64,000 nucleotides of DNA. Origin: the human T2T-CHM13v2.0 reference genome, Homo sapiens. The position numbers and the translations under genes are program-made. Shown here in pieces: positions 14,560 to 31,454 of this stretch (position 1 is the first letter of the stretch; each line of letters starts with the position of its first letter). Under the pieces are notes generated by a model. That model was not told the DNA's origin. It saw nothing but the letters and a program-made list of their open reading frames with translations, and did not search any database. The stretch lies in the NCBI RefSeq assembly GCF_009914755.1, contig NC_060925.1. One strand, given 5' to 3'.

Positions 14560-14812
14560 CAGTATACTTTGGGGTATAAGAGTGTACACATTGAAGCCAG
14601 ATGGCCTGGATTCTAACGCCCAATCCACAATCCACTATTTGCTAGCTGTATGACCTTTTTATGCCCCAATTTTGAAACATCTATAATGCAGGGATAATCA
14701 CAGTATCTATTTTATAGATTTGTTATGAGAATTAATTAAATTATTTGTAAGGCTTACAGATCAGTGCTTAGTATATTCTATGGCAAATGAGTATTTATTA
14801 TAATTGTTGTTA
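14560..14812 (+). mobile_element. MIR SINE
   Basis: gccagatggcctggattc...gctagctgtatgacctt...gggataatcacagtatctat...ttgttatgagaattaa core. Confidence 0.65.
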
Positions 14813-14867
14813 TTATAATATATTATGGGTTGAATTATGCCCTCCATCCTATATTTGTATGTTGAAG

Positions 14868-15095
14868 GCAAATCTATAGAGACAGAAAATAGACTAGTGG
14901 TTGCCTGGCTCTCAGGGAGGGTGGAGAGTGGAAGTGGATATGTGGGATCTTACAGGAGTGATGGATATGTTCTAAAATTGGATTGTGGCGGTGGTTGCAC
15001 AAATACTATATATTTACACATAAAATCTCAATTTCTACAAGAAGGATGAATGATTTTATGGTATGTAAATAACTCCTCATGAAAGCTATTAAAAA
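14868..15095 (+). mobile_element. Old L1M (MB/MC-type) 3' end, preceded by ~45 bp resembling an MLT1 5' end (14822-14867)
   Basis: aaatctatagagacagaaaatagactagtggttgcc...gttctaaaattggattgtggcggtggttgcac; upstream ttatgggttgaattatgccctcc...tatgttgaag. Confidence 0.6.
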
Positions 15096-15983
15096 TGACT
15101 TATTGATAATTTTTCATTAAAATATATATTGATACTATTTGTATTTTCATAGCCAACATCATGAAGCTGTAAACATGTAAGGCAAATAGAGAAGCTTAGC
15201 ACTGTGGAAAAAGCTGTTGCCATAGCACAGCTAATTAACATCTTTAACATCCCATTTTTTTTCTATTAGCAAAACCATCTCTGGACATCCTCACCATAGA
15301 AACATTCCTACTCTTTAATTATGTGTGTTACTTTATTGTGTTTTATAGTTTTCATCTAAGGAGAAACTGATTGATCCCACTATGGGACTGATTGCCTAAT
15401 ATCCAGACAGCATTCACTGTCTTTTATGTTCAGGATATTGCCACTTGAGAAAGGATTATTTACTGTGACAAATCTTAAATGGGAAATGAAGCAAAATTAA
15501 CTAGTAAAACATTTTCTGTGCCAGAGTCATATGTGCATTGCAAGAAGGAAAAACAAACTTCCCTTGAGAGTGGTTTTAATTATTCACAGTCTCTGACATG
15601 ATTTCAATATAACCCAACACAAATGCTGGCTGATTTTTCTTTGCCAATTTTGGTGTGTATTACAACAATCTACTCCACTTTTCAGGGGAGAATGCTTTCC
15701 CTTTCCAAACCTCATGGAGTCCATACTCAAAGCATTCTGACTCCCCAAGAAAACTACATCAACTGAACAGAAACTTAAATTATTTGGGGCAGTTTCCTAT
15801 GAATCCTTGCAAGCCCTTTTGGATCCTTTCTTGGAACAAACTTTTAACCCATTTATGGGACCAGATAAACACACTTTAAATCCCCAGGCTCATGGACTGC
15901 TGGCCACCTATATTTGAAGTTTTTACTACTCCTCTAGCAAAACGCAAAGTCCTATGTGACCTTCTCAATATTATCTTGCAAAA

Positions 15984-20204
<4,221 letters not shown>

Positions 20205-20859
20205 ATCTTGGCTTTCTTAAGGAAAGAGACCATATCTTTATACATCTTCAAATAGACAGCACATAAAACTGTTAAATGCTGCCCATTTTCCAAGGACCTT
20301 TGCAATGCTACCTCGGCAGTAATATACTTCTGATATCCACAAACAAATCTAATTTCTTATTTCTTTTATATCCTCTATAGATTGTACAACTTTGAATACA
20401 TTTATTATGTTCTCTTTCTAGTAATTTGATTAATCTTATTACCGATTATACTGTAAGCTTGTGAAAATAAGAGATATATGATACTACCTGCATTCACTGT
20501 TCTGCCCCAATCCTCAATCCCACTCAAAATCATTCTCAGAAAGTACTTGCTTGATAATGTCAATTAAATCAAATAGTAATGGTTATGCCATCCTTATTTA
20601 TAACTACAACATTGAAGTATATCGTATCAATTCAAACTGCAGAAATAATGAACAAACAAGATTTTTCTGGTTTATTTAAGGAGCAAGAAATATTTGTAGT
20701 CAATGAAAAGAATTTCTCTGTGAAAATTTTGAAGGGGCTAACTCTCTCTGCCAATACTCCTTTGCCAATATATCTACAAACTTCCCCATCTCTCATGTTT
20801 TGCAAGTTCCCATCAGTATCTGTGGTGACTTTTATATCACTCTACCTTCTGATACACAA

Positions 20860-21085
20860 AGCAGTGTGGTATAGGAAATAAGATATGTGCTTTGAAGTCA
20901 CATAGTCCTAATCCCAAATTACACAGCTCAGGTGAAAGACCTAAGTATGCTGCTTACCCCATCTGAAGTTTAGGTTCCTTTTCTCCAATATAAAGACTGA
21001 AATAACAACTTCATATGGTTGTTGTGAAGATCACGTGAGAAAATGTGTTTAAGGCACTCTTTAAAGTGCCTGTCATATTAAAGGT
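20860..21085 (+). mobile_element. MIR SINE
   Basis: gcagtgtggtatagg...gctttgaagtca...ggttgttgtgaagatc...aaggcact. Confidence 0.6.
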
Positions 21086-21109
21086 ACTTTAAAAAGTTGG
21101 ATTAAAAGT

Positions 21110-21335
21110 ATTGATTCTATTAAACAAATATTTATTAAGTACCCACTGAAGGCCATGCACTAATTTGTTCCAAGGACCCAATAATGAACAAGACAGACAC
21201 AAGGCCTATTCTCAAATTGCTTAGAGTCCAGTGAAGGAGACAGACAATTCAGCATGCAAATGTTGTACCTGGTGATAAGCACAGTAATGCAAAAATAAAG
21301 ACAAGAGTGTCTTTAGGGTACAAATGAGGAGCACC
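21110..21335 (-). mobile_element. L2 3'-end fragment
   Basis: aacaaatatttattaagtaccc...aatgaacaagacagacac...gagacagacaat is the typical antisense L2 tail. Confidence 0.6.
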
Positions 21336-24300
21336 TCTAAAATCAGAAGACTCATTCTTCCAATAATTTCAAATTGCCACCTAAATTCAAAAACTCAGTA
21401 TATACAAACTGTGGTCATTGTTAACAATAAAATCTATTGGATGATTCAGTGATGAAGGAACAATGCAAGGTACCAGCTACCATATAATCACCTTACAGAA
21501 TTATCATGCCTTCTAGGCTATACCACATTCTAGAATCCACAAGCACACTCTTGTAGAGAAACAGCAATCAAATCTACAAACAAATATTTATCCTTTAGAT
21601 ATATAGGAAAGCCTCAAGATAAAAACATACTCGATACACAGGTCATGCATTTGCATATTTTTCTACTTTGGCAGCAACTGAAAATTCAGTGTGAAGAGAC
21701 AGGGACTAATAAGTAGTTTCTGCAAAGCAGATGCCCTTGTTGTGCTTCTAAAGCCTGGTTTCTGTATTTTTTAAAATAGCATGCTAATTTTAAAAGACAA
21801 AATAATAAAAGACATACAGGGTTGTGAATGGAAAAGTTTCAAAACTCACAAGGCCAATTTCTCGTTATAAGAGGTCCCTGGGGAGAGATAAGAAACTGGT
21901 ATTTCACTTGTCAAACAGGAACTTGTGTGCTATTTTATACTTTGCTTTGCTTATAGCAACCTTAGCAGACCATGAATGTTATAGAGGAAGAATGCTATAG
22001 GGGAAGAGTTTAGGTAAATTAAGTCTAATGGCTTTGCTGCTTAACGTAAATGACAGCAGTTGACAGTAGGGCCCTGAGTTCATTTCAGGGGATAGGCTCT
22101 CTGTCTCTGAAGAGGGTTGGCAAAGAGCTGCAGGATAAAGGTGACACCAGGCTACAGCAACTTCCCCTGACTGGCATCCACCACACTCCTTGGACTTCCA
22201 CTCTGCTCTTCTCTGCTCCCAGCAGAGGGGTGAATGTATATGTTCTGACTTTTGCTTGCCTTTAGCCTGAATGTTACATGACTTGAGCAAGTTGTAACCT
22301 AGAAAAACCTTTTATTTCCCTTAGGTGTCCTTCCATTTCTAGTCAGCTCTGCTTAAGTTGATTTCAAATATTGTCCTTTCTTATAATCAAAATATTTTTC
22401 TTGGGTATGTCTCCCAGATAGTTAGCAGATATATATGTTACTATTATATTTCTATAAAAATGGTACCCTCCTAGCTCTTATTAATTCCCCATTCGTCTCA
22501 CCTGGATTCTGTGTAAGAGTGTGTATACTCTCCAACTGAGAGTTTAATCATGAGGAGGAAATTAAGTCTTCTATGTCATCAACTGGAAAAAAAGATAAAA
22601 TTAAATATCATTAATTAATTTAAATAATACAAAAAATTTCTCACTTTAGTTCGCTGATTTTCCTCTGCTTATTCACAGCTGTAGCATACATATATATATA
22701 TATATATATAATTATAAATTATCTCTAATGTGCCAATATAGGACCCAATATAGCTATGATTGCGTTCATAATGATTCCTTACAACAAAACCTTAATGTTG
22801 TAAGATAAATATCTTTGTAATTAGTGCCCTAGATTTTGCTCAGTGAGGATAAAATGGGACAGCATTCACTAATGTTCTGGAGTCTGTTCAGAGATGAATA
22901 GTTGCCAAAAACTACTGGAAGGTTGAAGACTTCCTAAAGTTTATCTAATTAAAGGCCATATGATATTAAGTCTCAATTTCCTCTTCTGAAAAATGAAGAT
23001 AATAGAATCTGCCTCTCAAGGATGTTAAAAAGATTAGGTAAAGTTCCTAGCTCATTGTGCCCATTTCATGCTCTATGTAAACGGTAGTTATTGTTATTAT
23101 TACTTTGACTAATAAATACTTCATAATAGTGTTGGGTGCATCTATAAACACAAAATGAAACAAAACTCTTCAAATATAGCCATAACAAACCTGTATGATA
23201 GCAGACAAAAACCCTGACCCAGCAGCTGACACGGTCACTAGATATGACTCTACATACTCGGCTGTGAAACCTGGGCCATGCACAACCCTTCTCTCTTTCG
23301 ATTTTGTCATTTGAAAATTTAAGGAGTCAACCTAAATTGTTTGCAATGCTCCCAGAGCTTACAAACTATCATTTTTGTGAATCCTCTAGATTAAACAGTG
23401 CCCATCTGCAGTATCTGAGAGACCTAATGTCTTGCGTCTGAATCCATCCTTAATTTTGTCAGGAAATAAATATAACTAGATAATATACTATAGCTTTTCT
23501 GGGGAGGAGGAGCTACTATATTTATTTCTCTAGAGAACTACAAACTAGAACACTTGAACTCCTAAACTCCAAACCATATCTTCCTAGGCAACTCTGCAGG
23601 ACTCCAAATTGACTTATTTCTGTTGAAAGAATAGGCTACTGTAGCAACTGATAAAGAGCCTATCTCTCAGGGACCCAGAGAGCACTTGACAGATACTATC
23701 ACATTAAAGCTGTTTGTTGTTAGAGGAAAGCTAGTATGGAAAATCATTCTGATAACTAATCTGGAACACTGACAGCCAAGTGACTTTGTCTTCAGTGCCA
23801 GTGAACAAGGACAGTGCAACTCTCTAAATTCTATTTACTCATCAAGCCTCCTAATTAGATCAACTGCAATTGCCCAAGCAACTTCAGTGACCCTTGTTAG
23901 AGATTTCTCACCCAGCTGCTACTGCTGTGCAGTAGGCTTCTGAGACCCCAGCCCTGACTCTGCCTCCCTCACCACCACCTCATTACTCCTGGCTTGTGAA
24001 TCTCAACACTGTCCTTTACTCACCCAGGAACGTCACCATCAGCAACAATGTCAATGCCTCTCCACTCATTGCAACTTCACAGCCAAATGCCCTCGTGACA
24101 GTTTATCCAACTGTTAGGAGTATTATTTGAATGCACTCCTCTAAACCCTTTAATAGAGAATACAATTTTCCACAACCCAAATTAAAATGTACACAAAATT
24201 TCTCTTCTGGTATCTATCCCTTAGCTTTATGTCCCCTTCCAGCAAAACTAGCTAAATAATTTGTGATGCCCAATGCAAAATGAAAATGAAAGGTCCTTTG

Positions 24301-27300
24301 TTTCAAAATCAAGAATATTAAGACAGTGACAACAGAGCCCTAAAACCAAATTCTGGCCCTGTGTTACCATGGGACATGTCACATGCACATGAAGCTAGAC
24401 CAGTCTCTCTTATTCCTGAGTTCTAAACCCTTCTAAACATGTGTACCATGGTGTCTTCATCAATCATGAAGTGTTTCCTCTCTCCCACAGCAACCTCCAG
24501 TGATTTTTTGCCAATCCTTTGGCTCCATTGGTTTATATCATGGGCTGTTGCCATTTGATAGTCTCATGTCTCAACCTCTCAGAGACCAAGCTACCTACTA
24601 ATTAATTCACTAGACTGATTGTACCTGGAAGGTCTTCTAATTCTCACATTCCCATTTCAAGTATGGCCTCCAAAATCTCTGTTGCATTTTTATTGACTAA
24701 TGCATCACCTATTGGCCAAGGGAATCCCTGTGTGTGTGGACTGTGTGAATCTCAGTATCTTCAAATAATTTTGCTTGTGGTCCACCTTAGAATAAAGCTT
24801 GACCCTGGGCAAGGTCTTCTTGACAGAGTAATCAGTTTATTTTTTCCAGAGTGACAGATAAAACGTTTAATTTCCCATTATCTAGGCCCTATAAAACATC
24901 TGTAGGCTAAGAGCAGCTATGCCAATTAGCAGAAGTGACAGCCTGAGTCAATGAACTGCAGCCTAAAAATAAAGCCACATGGTCCCTTTGGTCCCTTTGG
25001 AACACTGCTTGACTTGGAACAGATCTAAGTGGAATATTCCTTAGTTACCACTGTTTCACAATAGTTTTTTGACCCCTTTTTCTTAGGCATGTTTGATTTT
25101 CCGGTGTATTTCTAAACATGCACATAAGCAATTTAAATGTTTCCCCGGGCCTTGGCAGAAAGTGAAAATAAAATAATAAGAAATATACTATTAAGTACAT
25201 TATTATTTATGTTATCAGATAAAACAAGTGTTTTTGAGCTGCTGGAGTTCTTTGTTTAGAAAAGCTTGGGTGTTTTTTTAATTATCATCAAATTCAATAT
25301 GCATAAAATTCATAAAGCAAATTCATAAAATGTATAAAGCCAATGTATTTTGCTTTATGTCATGTACTTGAATACTGGGCATAAACTGAATTTCAGACAT
25401 TTAAACTAGAAGAATTAACTAATGGAATTCCTATAGAATTCTTTTGTAAAATAAATCATTTTCAATGATAATAATCATTCTTTAATCTATATTTTCTTTC
25501 AGATATTTCATTATAAGAAGGCAGCATATATCGTGTGTCTTTAAAGAATGATGCTCAAATTGCATCATTTGAGGCAGAAAAATTAGATTCAGAAGCATAA
25601 TATTCCATTTACTCAACTCAAATAGAAACCATGTTAATAACACTTAAGAGAAAAGACCAGAGTCTCAACATGGAATAAATTACAGTGAATAAAATAAAGC
25701 AAGAGTAGGGGAGAATTCGTGTAACCACAGCATCTTGTCACATGTTTTTCTAGTAGAGAAAGAAGAAGAGGAGATAGATACAAAGACACAAGGGCCTAAA
25801 AACTTTAGGCTGTTACCTAAACTGAGATAAGAATGTAAGATATACACAATTATCTGATTTTCAACCAGAAGTAAGCCAGAAAGGGAATGAGGACCTTAAA
25901 GTACACAGAACGCAGGAGTTAGGCAGCCTGAGTTTTTGACTCAGCTATATCTCAGCTACTGTGTGGCTCAGGGCAACGCACAAGAGATCAATTTCTTTCT
26001 TCATTACATGAAAGCTTTGAACTAGATTATCTAAATTTCCTTTAACCTCTAAATGTCCGTGATGGAACTTCTGCTTTAAAATGGGGTTGGAGAAGCAGTC
26101 TCTGAAACAAGCTCTTCCACTTCCTACACAGACAACCAACATTTAAATATAAAAATACCTTCCTTATTAGAAAAGTTGCCTTCACAAAGCTCTTTGGCAA
26201 AGGTTATAAGGAAAGCAAACAATCGATACAAATTTCACATTTCTATTTACTTTCTGCCTACTCACTTGGAAAAGCAATAAGATGAAATAAATTCCCACTG
26301 ATCTGGGGGAAAATATAACTAGAATGCCATTTTTCCTAAGTTCCTTTGTTTGGAAGTTTTTAAAAGAGTTAAAACAAGCTTCACGGTTTATTAGATATTA
26401 TTTTCTGTAGTGTTTGAAAATGTTATGGGGTAAAAAAAGGGCATGTGTTTTTAATGCCCTGAACATTTTCTTTTTCAAACAAAAGTCATCCTTCTTGCGT
26501 CTCGGTCCCCGTTGTTCTTCTTCCCATTCTGCCCCTTTGCTCAGCTTCATCTATAAAAATCATTTGTGTAATCTCTATTGGCCCCACGCTGTACATTCAG
26601 GATGCCTTATGTAGTTCCAGGCCTCCAGGATTATATTTCTTATAACACCAATCACTCTTCATTTTCCTTTGGATGTTATTTTCTTTGGGCAAAATTACTT
26701 TTCCTTTGTGTAAAAATGTTTTAAGAAAATATTTTCCATATCTGCAAAAAGCATGTAGTTGATGCACTAGTTTTACAGTTCTTAAAGCAACTCCTCAAAT
26801 ATTCAGACTTGAGGGGGAATTAAACAACACTTTTTGTATGGAGGAAAGCATACCAAAGTAGGTTTCTGAAGCTTCTGGGATTGCAATTTTTAAAATTCTT
26901 TGCCTTTTCTACAAAACTAAACTTGTTTTATCTAATCTTATTTGCATTATCATATCTTTCAGAGGTTTTAAGATATAGTGTCATAATCCTAAAGAAAAAC
27001 ATTTGCCTTGTATTTTATTCTAGTTCCTTGTTTGACTAAGTCACAAGGACACCATTGTTTAAATTTGCATGCCTCATAAAAATATATATTTGTGTAAATT
27101 ATACTTACAAAGCATCTCCAGATATATCTCATTAACCACTACACAAATTATAGGTTACAAAAAGGTTACAGTCAGAGAGGCAGAACTACTTCTTAGGAAA
27201 GTATGAGATATGGGAAGCTTGTACAATATAATCCTTCCCAAACTTCACCCTATAATTTTTATCTAAGTGAAAATTGGTTAAAATGAACATTAGGGTAGTT

Positions 27301-30300
27301 TTTAGCTTGGATAAATCCTGTTGGGAAAAAAAAACTATATCCATCTATTCTTTGAATATTTATTGAGCATCTACTACATCAGTCTGAATGCTATGTCCAC
27401 ATATGCATTTGAAGCATGAATGAGAAAAGTGGGAGACTCCTTTGGTAAAGCAGGGAGAAGGAATGCAGGCTAATTCTGAGCTCTGCGCTCTTTTAGTCTC
27501 TCCTATCAGCTGACTGAGGTACCTATTTCTTTTAAAATGTTCCCTGCCTCTGATTCACTACCTAGCCATCTACTGCCCTCAATCACCAGACACCACGTAA
27601 GTCCTGAGGATAGATTTGTTTCAAGAATAAGACAAAAAGTATTTCAATGGTGATCTACAGAAAAACCATTTTAATTTCTGTGATAAGAAAAAAAAAACCG
27701 GAAATGTGGCACAAGTATGTTTGTTCTGTACTTCTATAGTAGAAAATTTATATACTTTGCACATGGCAGAACAGGACAGGCTTATCTAAACAATAAGGGA
27801 TAGTGAGTTGATTAGGTGATTGGAAACAGGCTTCAGCTTTGCAACTGCACATCAGTGGGCCTTGTATGTTCAAAGCATTCCGCATCTAAAGAAGCAAACG
27901 ATGCTTTCCATCTGTGATAACAAGGAAATGCTAAAGTTCCAATTTCCTTGACATTTTATTGCATTTACTTTTATCTAAAATGAGTATATAACATTATCTT
28001 ATATAAAAGGAAAGCATGGTAGACGAGACATATCTTGAAAATCTTCTCTCTACCAGACATCCAGAAATGCTAAAAAAAAATATGTAACAACCCCATTTAA
28101 ATGCATAGGCAAGCTTGCCAAAACTAAGAGAAATCAAGAAAAAAACAGAGGGAATCCTAAATCAGAGTGATAAACTGGCATTTAAAGTTTAGCTGAGTTC
28201 AGCATTTGCTAATCTCAGTAACCTAGAGATCTGGCTTTTAAGATCTGTTGCAAGCCAGGAAACAAAATCAAAGGCTGTCCTAATATGAGCCGGGGGCTCT
28301 TGAACTGCTATACCTTCAGTGAAACAGCAGACAGAAAAAAAACAAGTCACCTACAAAAATTGATGACAGGAACATGTCTATTTCAGCATAAAACCAGGTC
28401 TGTAATTTAAATTTACCCTACCTGTGTGGTCCAGGAGACCCAGGCTAAGAAAATAACAAAGCAGTCTTGTGTTAGAGAAGTGCCTGGGCTGCCTGACAGA
28501 GCCAGTGCAAATCCTCTTCAAAGGGACGTGCCCTTAACCCCATCCTTAGAGAATTTCACAGATCAAACAATGTGAAAGTACAAAAGAGCTAATAGACTCA
28601 TCTCAGTGCAAATTAAACAACTGTGGAGTGTCTCCTTTTTTTTTTCCGGGAAAAGAACACTTTCCTATGTTAATGTTACCCCAAATACACTGGTGGAAAC
28701 AATAAGATTTGAATGAATTCCCCAGAATTTAGTCAGGAAGGACAAGACAATCCACCAAGTGCTCAGAAGAAAATAGAAACCAAGTAGGACCACTGGTTTT
28801 TTCAATTACATGCTGGAGATCTGAAACCTGAGAGCACTGCCGACTTTCTGGAAGGGCCAAGAGAATGGATTTAAAGCAGCTACCAAAAGGGAACTAAGAA
28901 TGATTGGGAGTTAGTGACTAAACTTTATAGCATAACAGGACCATGATTATAATTAAAGACATCTTTAAAGCAAATCATCTGAATAAATGCACACAGAATT
29001 GGTAACTAACTTTAATTGCTACTGAGGTTTATTTTATGCTAACAATAGTGTTGAATGCTCAGTAATCTCTTCCTAATTTTTGTTGTCGGTATATTTTGGG
29101 TTCACACAAGTCAGAAACCAAAGTTAGATTGTTTCTAATTGGCAGCAAACCAGAGGGGACGGGAGACTGGTCAAGTCTCTGAGTCGTCCACTCCAAGATG
29201 CGGACAATGAGTGTATGAAGACAGACTGAGAATGCGCTGCAAAGAAGCTTGGAAGAAAATGAAGGCAGAGAGGACAGACCTGAAAGGCTAAGAGGGACAG
29301 ATCAGCGTCCATGGAAAGCAGGAGCAGAAGCCAGTCTTCTTCCAAACACTGGCACAAACCACTGCCTACTGGATACATTTCACCAGACAATTCACCCCAG
29401 TGTCCAAGAGTTTATCTTGCTTCTAGAATATATTGAAAAGAGCCACCCTCTGAACAAATGGCAAACACTATATAGTATAAATAGGATGCACTGAAAATAG
29501 TAGGCTTATTTCTTAAGCTGTCATCACGAACATTAACCAGTAATTATATTTCTCCACTTTTTGTAGAAGACATAAATGGCAAATTCTGAATTTATAATTT
29601 CTAATACTTCATTTTTCTGCTCTTGTAAAGTTCATTTTGAACTTTCAACATAAAAATATTAAATATTTTTAATTGTGCACATTTGAACTTGTGTTATTTT
29701 GGACTTACATTGGCTGAAATTGAAATATAGTAAAAGTGCTCTAGAGTAAGCAGATCAGTTCATCAGAAGGACAGCCTTTCAATGGAAAGGGCATTCCCAA
29801 GCTGCACCAACGAAAGCATAATCCTGTTACCTGCCCTAACCTGACAGCTCTGAATTAGTCTGATCCACCTATGTGCCGTACAAAGCATTATATTGCTATG
29901 ATTTCATAAACTGAACTTGAACTACACTTTTTCAGAGAAACAAAACCATGTTTAGAAATCTGCCACAAATATCTACACATTGCTCTTGAATTCCTCCAGG
30001 AATTTCCACCTACTCGTGCTGTTACTCTTCACTCTATGATTTATTTGTTTTTCAGTCCCTGTCGATACTTAAGTTTTACTCTGTAGGGAGATTCTCATGT
30101 TTGACTCCATTAAACAAGCTTTGAAACTGACACTCGCACAGGGTGTTACTTCCAGAATCTTCCTGCCAGCTCCTTGCATCCACACCATGAGAAAGAGCAA
30201 ACATTCCAAATCCCAAAAAAATGAATTATTTGGGGTGAGGAAAAGTCTTGACTATGACACTGAAGATTTCCTGAAGAGATCCAGCATCCAAAATGTCCTG

Positions 30301-31139
30301 AGTGGGGAGGAAATCGCACAACTAGCACCCAGAGAAAATGAGTGCTATCCACAAACAACCCAGATCCTCCCAAGCTGAGGCTAACCTGCCCTTCACTTCC
30401 TACATTATTGCTACATCTACGCAGCTTCTGACTTTCCAAAGTTTCCTTTCCTTTTCTAGTCCCAAACTTATCTCTCAGGTTTGAGAAATTCAATTTTCTT
30501 GGGTTTGAATCTCAAAATTATAAAAGACAAGTAAGGTTAATCTTCTATCTCATTGGGCCCCTAAATATTTTAAGAAACACTCCATCAACCACATTTTGAT
30601 CTTCTTTACTGCTGTTTTATTCTAGCATTTCTTTACTCCTACCTCTCTGTTTCTCTCTCTCTCTCTCCCCCCAAACCCCCCAACTCCCCCTCCCCTCCCC
30701 ACACACACACACAATTGGAGTAAATCCAGGACAAGGGCATTCACAATCTTACCATATTCTGTATTCATTAGACCTTATCTTAAGCACTGTGTTCAATTCA
30801 GATTTTGAAGGCATGTTAACAAACTGTAGAACAACGGAGTCCAGAACTGCTGTAGAGGACCAGTTGAAGGAACTAGAGAGGTATAACTAGAAAAGATACT
30901 TTTTTAGATCCTTCAGTTGTTAAAAGTCCCTAGTAATCTATTACAAACAGATTGATTTTAATAGTTCTCAACCATTTGCTAACATGTGTTTGCAGTGATG
31001 TCCTATGTGTTTGTACTCAGTTCTCTGTCTTTTTTAAAAGGGAATTTTACTTTAGACTATACATTTTCTAAAACTAGAAAAATTATTTTGGAGAAAAAGA
31101 TTTGAGTATTACTTTGAAGATTTCATGAAGCTGCTGCTT

Positions 31140-31290
31140 CCAATCATCTGATCACTTCAGATGGTCTGATAATGTTAGATAAAACCTCTTTATCAGTAAT
31201 GCACTGGAGTCCTACAGCACTACTTTCCATATTCAACAAAACCTCTCTTTGCATAGATACGTGTGTGTAAAAACAGAACATTCATACTGA
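31140..31290 (+). promoter_or_regulatory. Putative RGS13 proximal promoter (non-CpG-island)
   Basis: Immediately upstream of exon 1. E-boxes CATCTG (31145) and CAGATG (31158), three WGATAA-type sites (31167, 31177, 31190 reverse) and variant octamer CTTTGCAT (31247). Confidence 0.5.
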
Positions 31291-31454
31291 GGCCAGAGTG
31301 CCATCGAAGGTAATTATAGAGACAGTAAAATCCTTTTACTCTGGGAAAAATAAAATGCTGGGTGTCTCACAAAATTTCAGAACCTGATTTCAAACGGATC
31401 ATAACAAAGAGGAGATCAAATTTAGCATGGTGGACTGCTCGACAGGATATATTT
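31289..31454 (+). other. RGS13: RGS13 non-coding exon 1 (5' end approximate)
   Basis: Ends at donor TTT|gtaagt (31455). Matches my recollection of the RGS13 mRNA leader; the exact TSS cannot be fixed from sequence. Confidence 0.75.
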
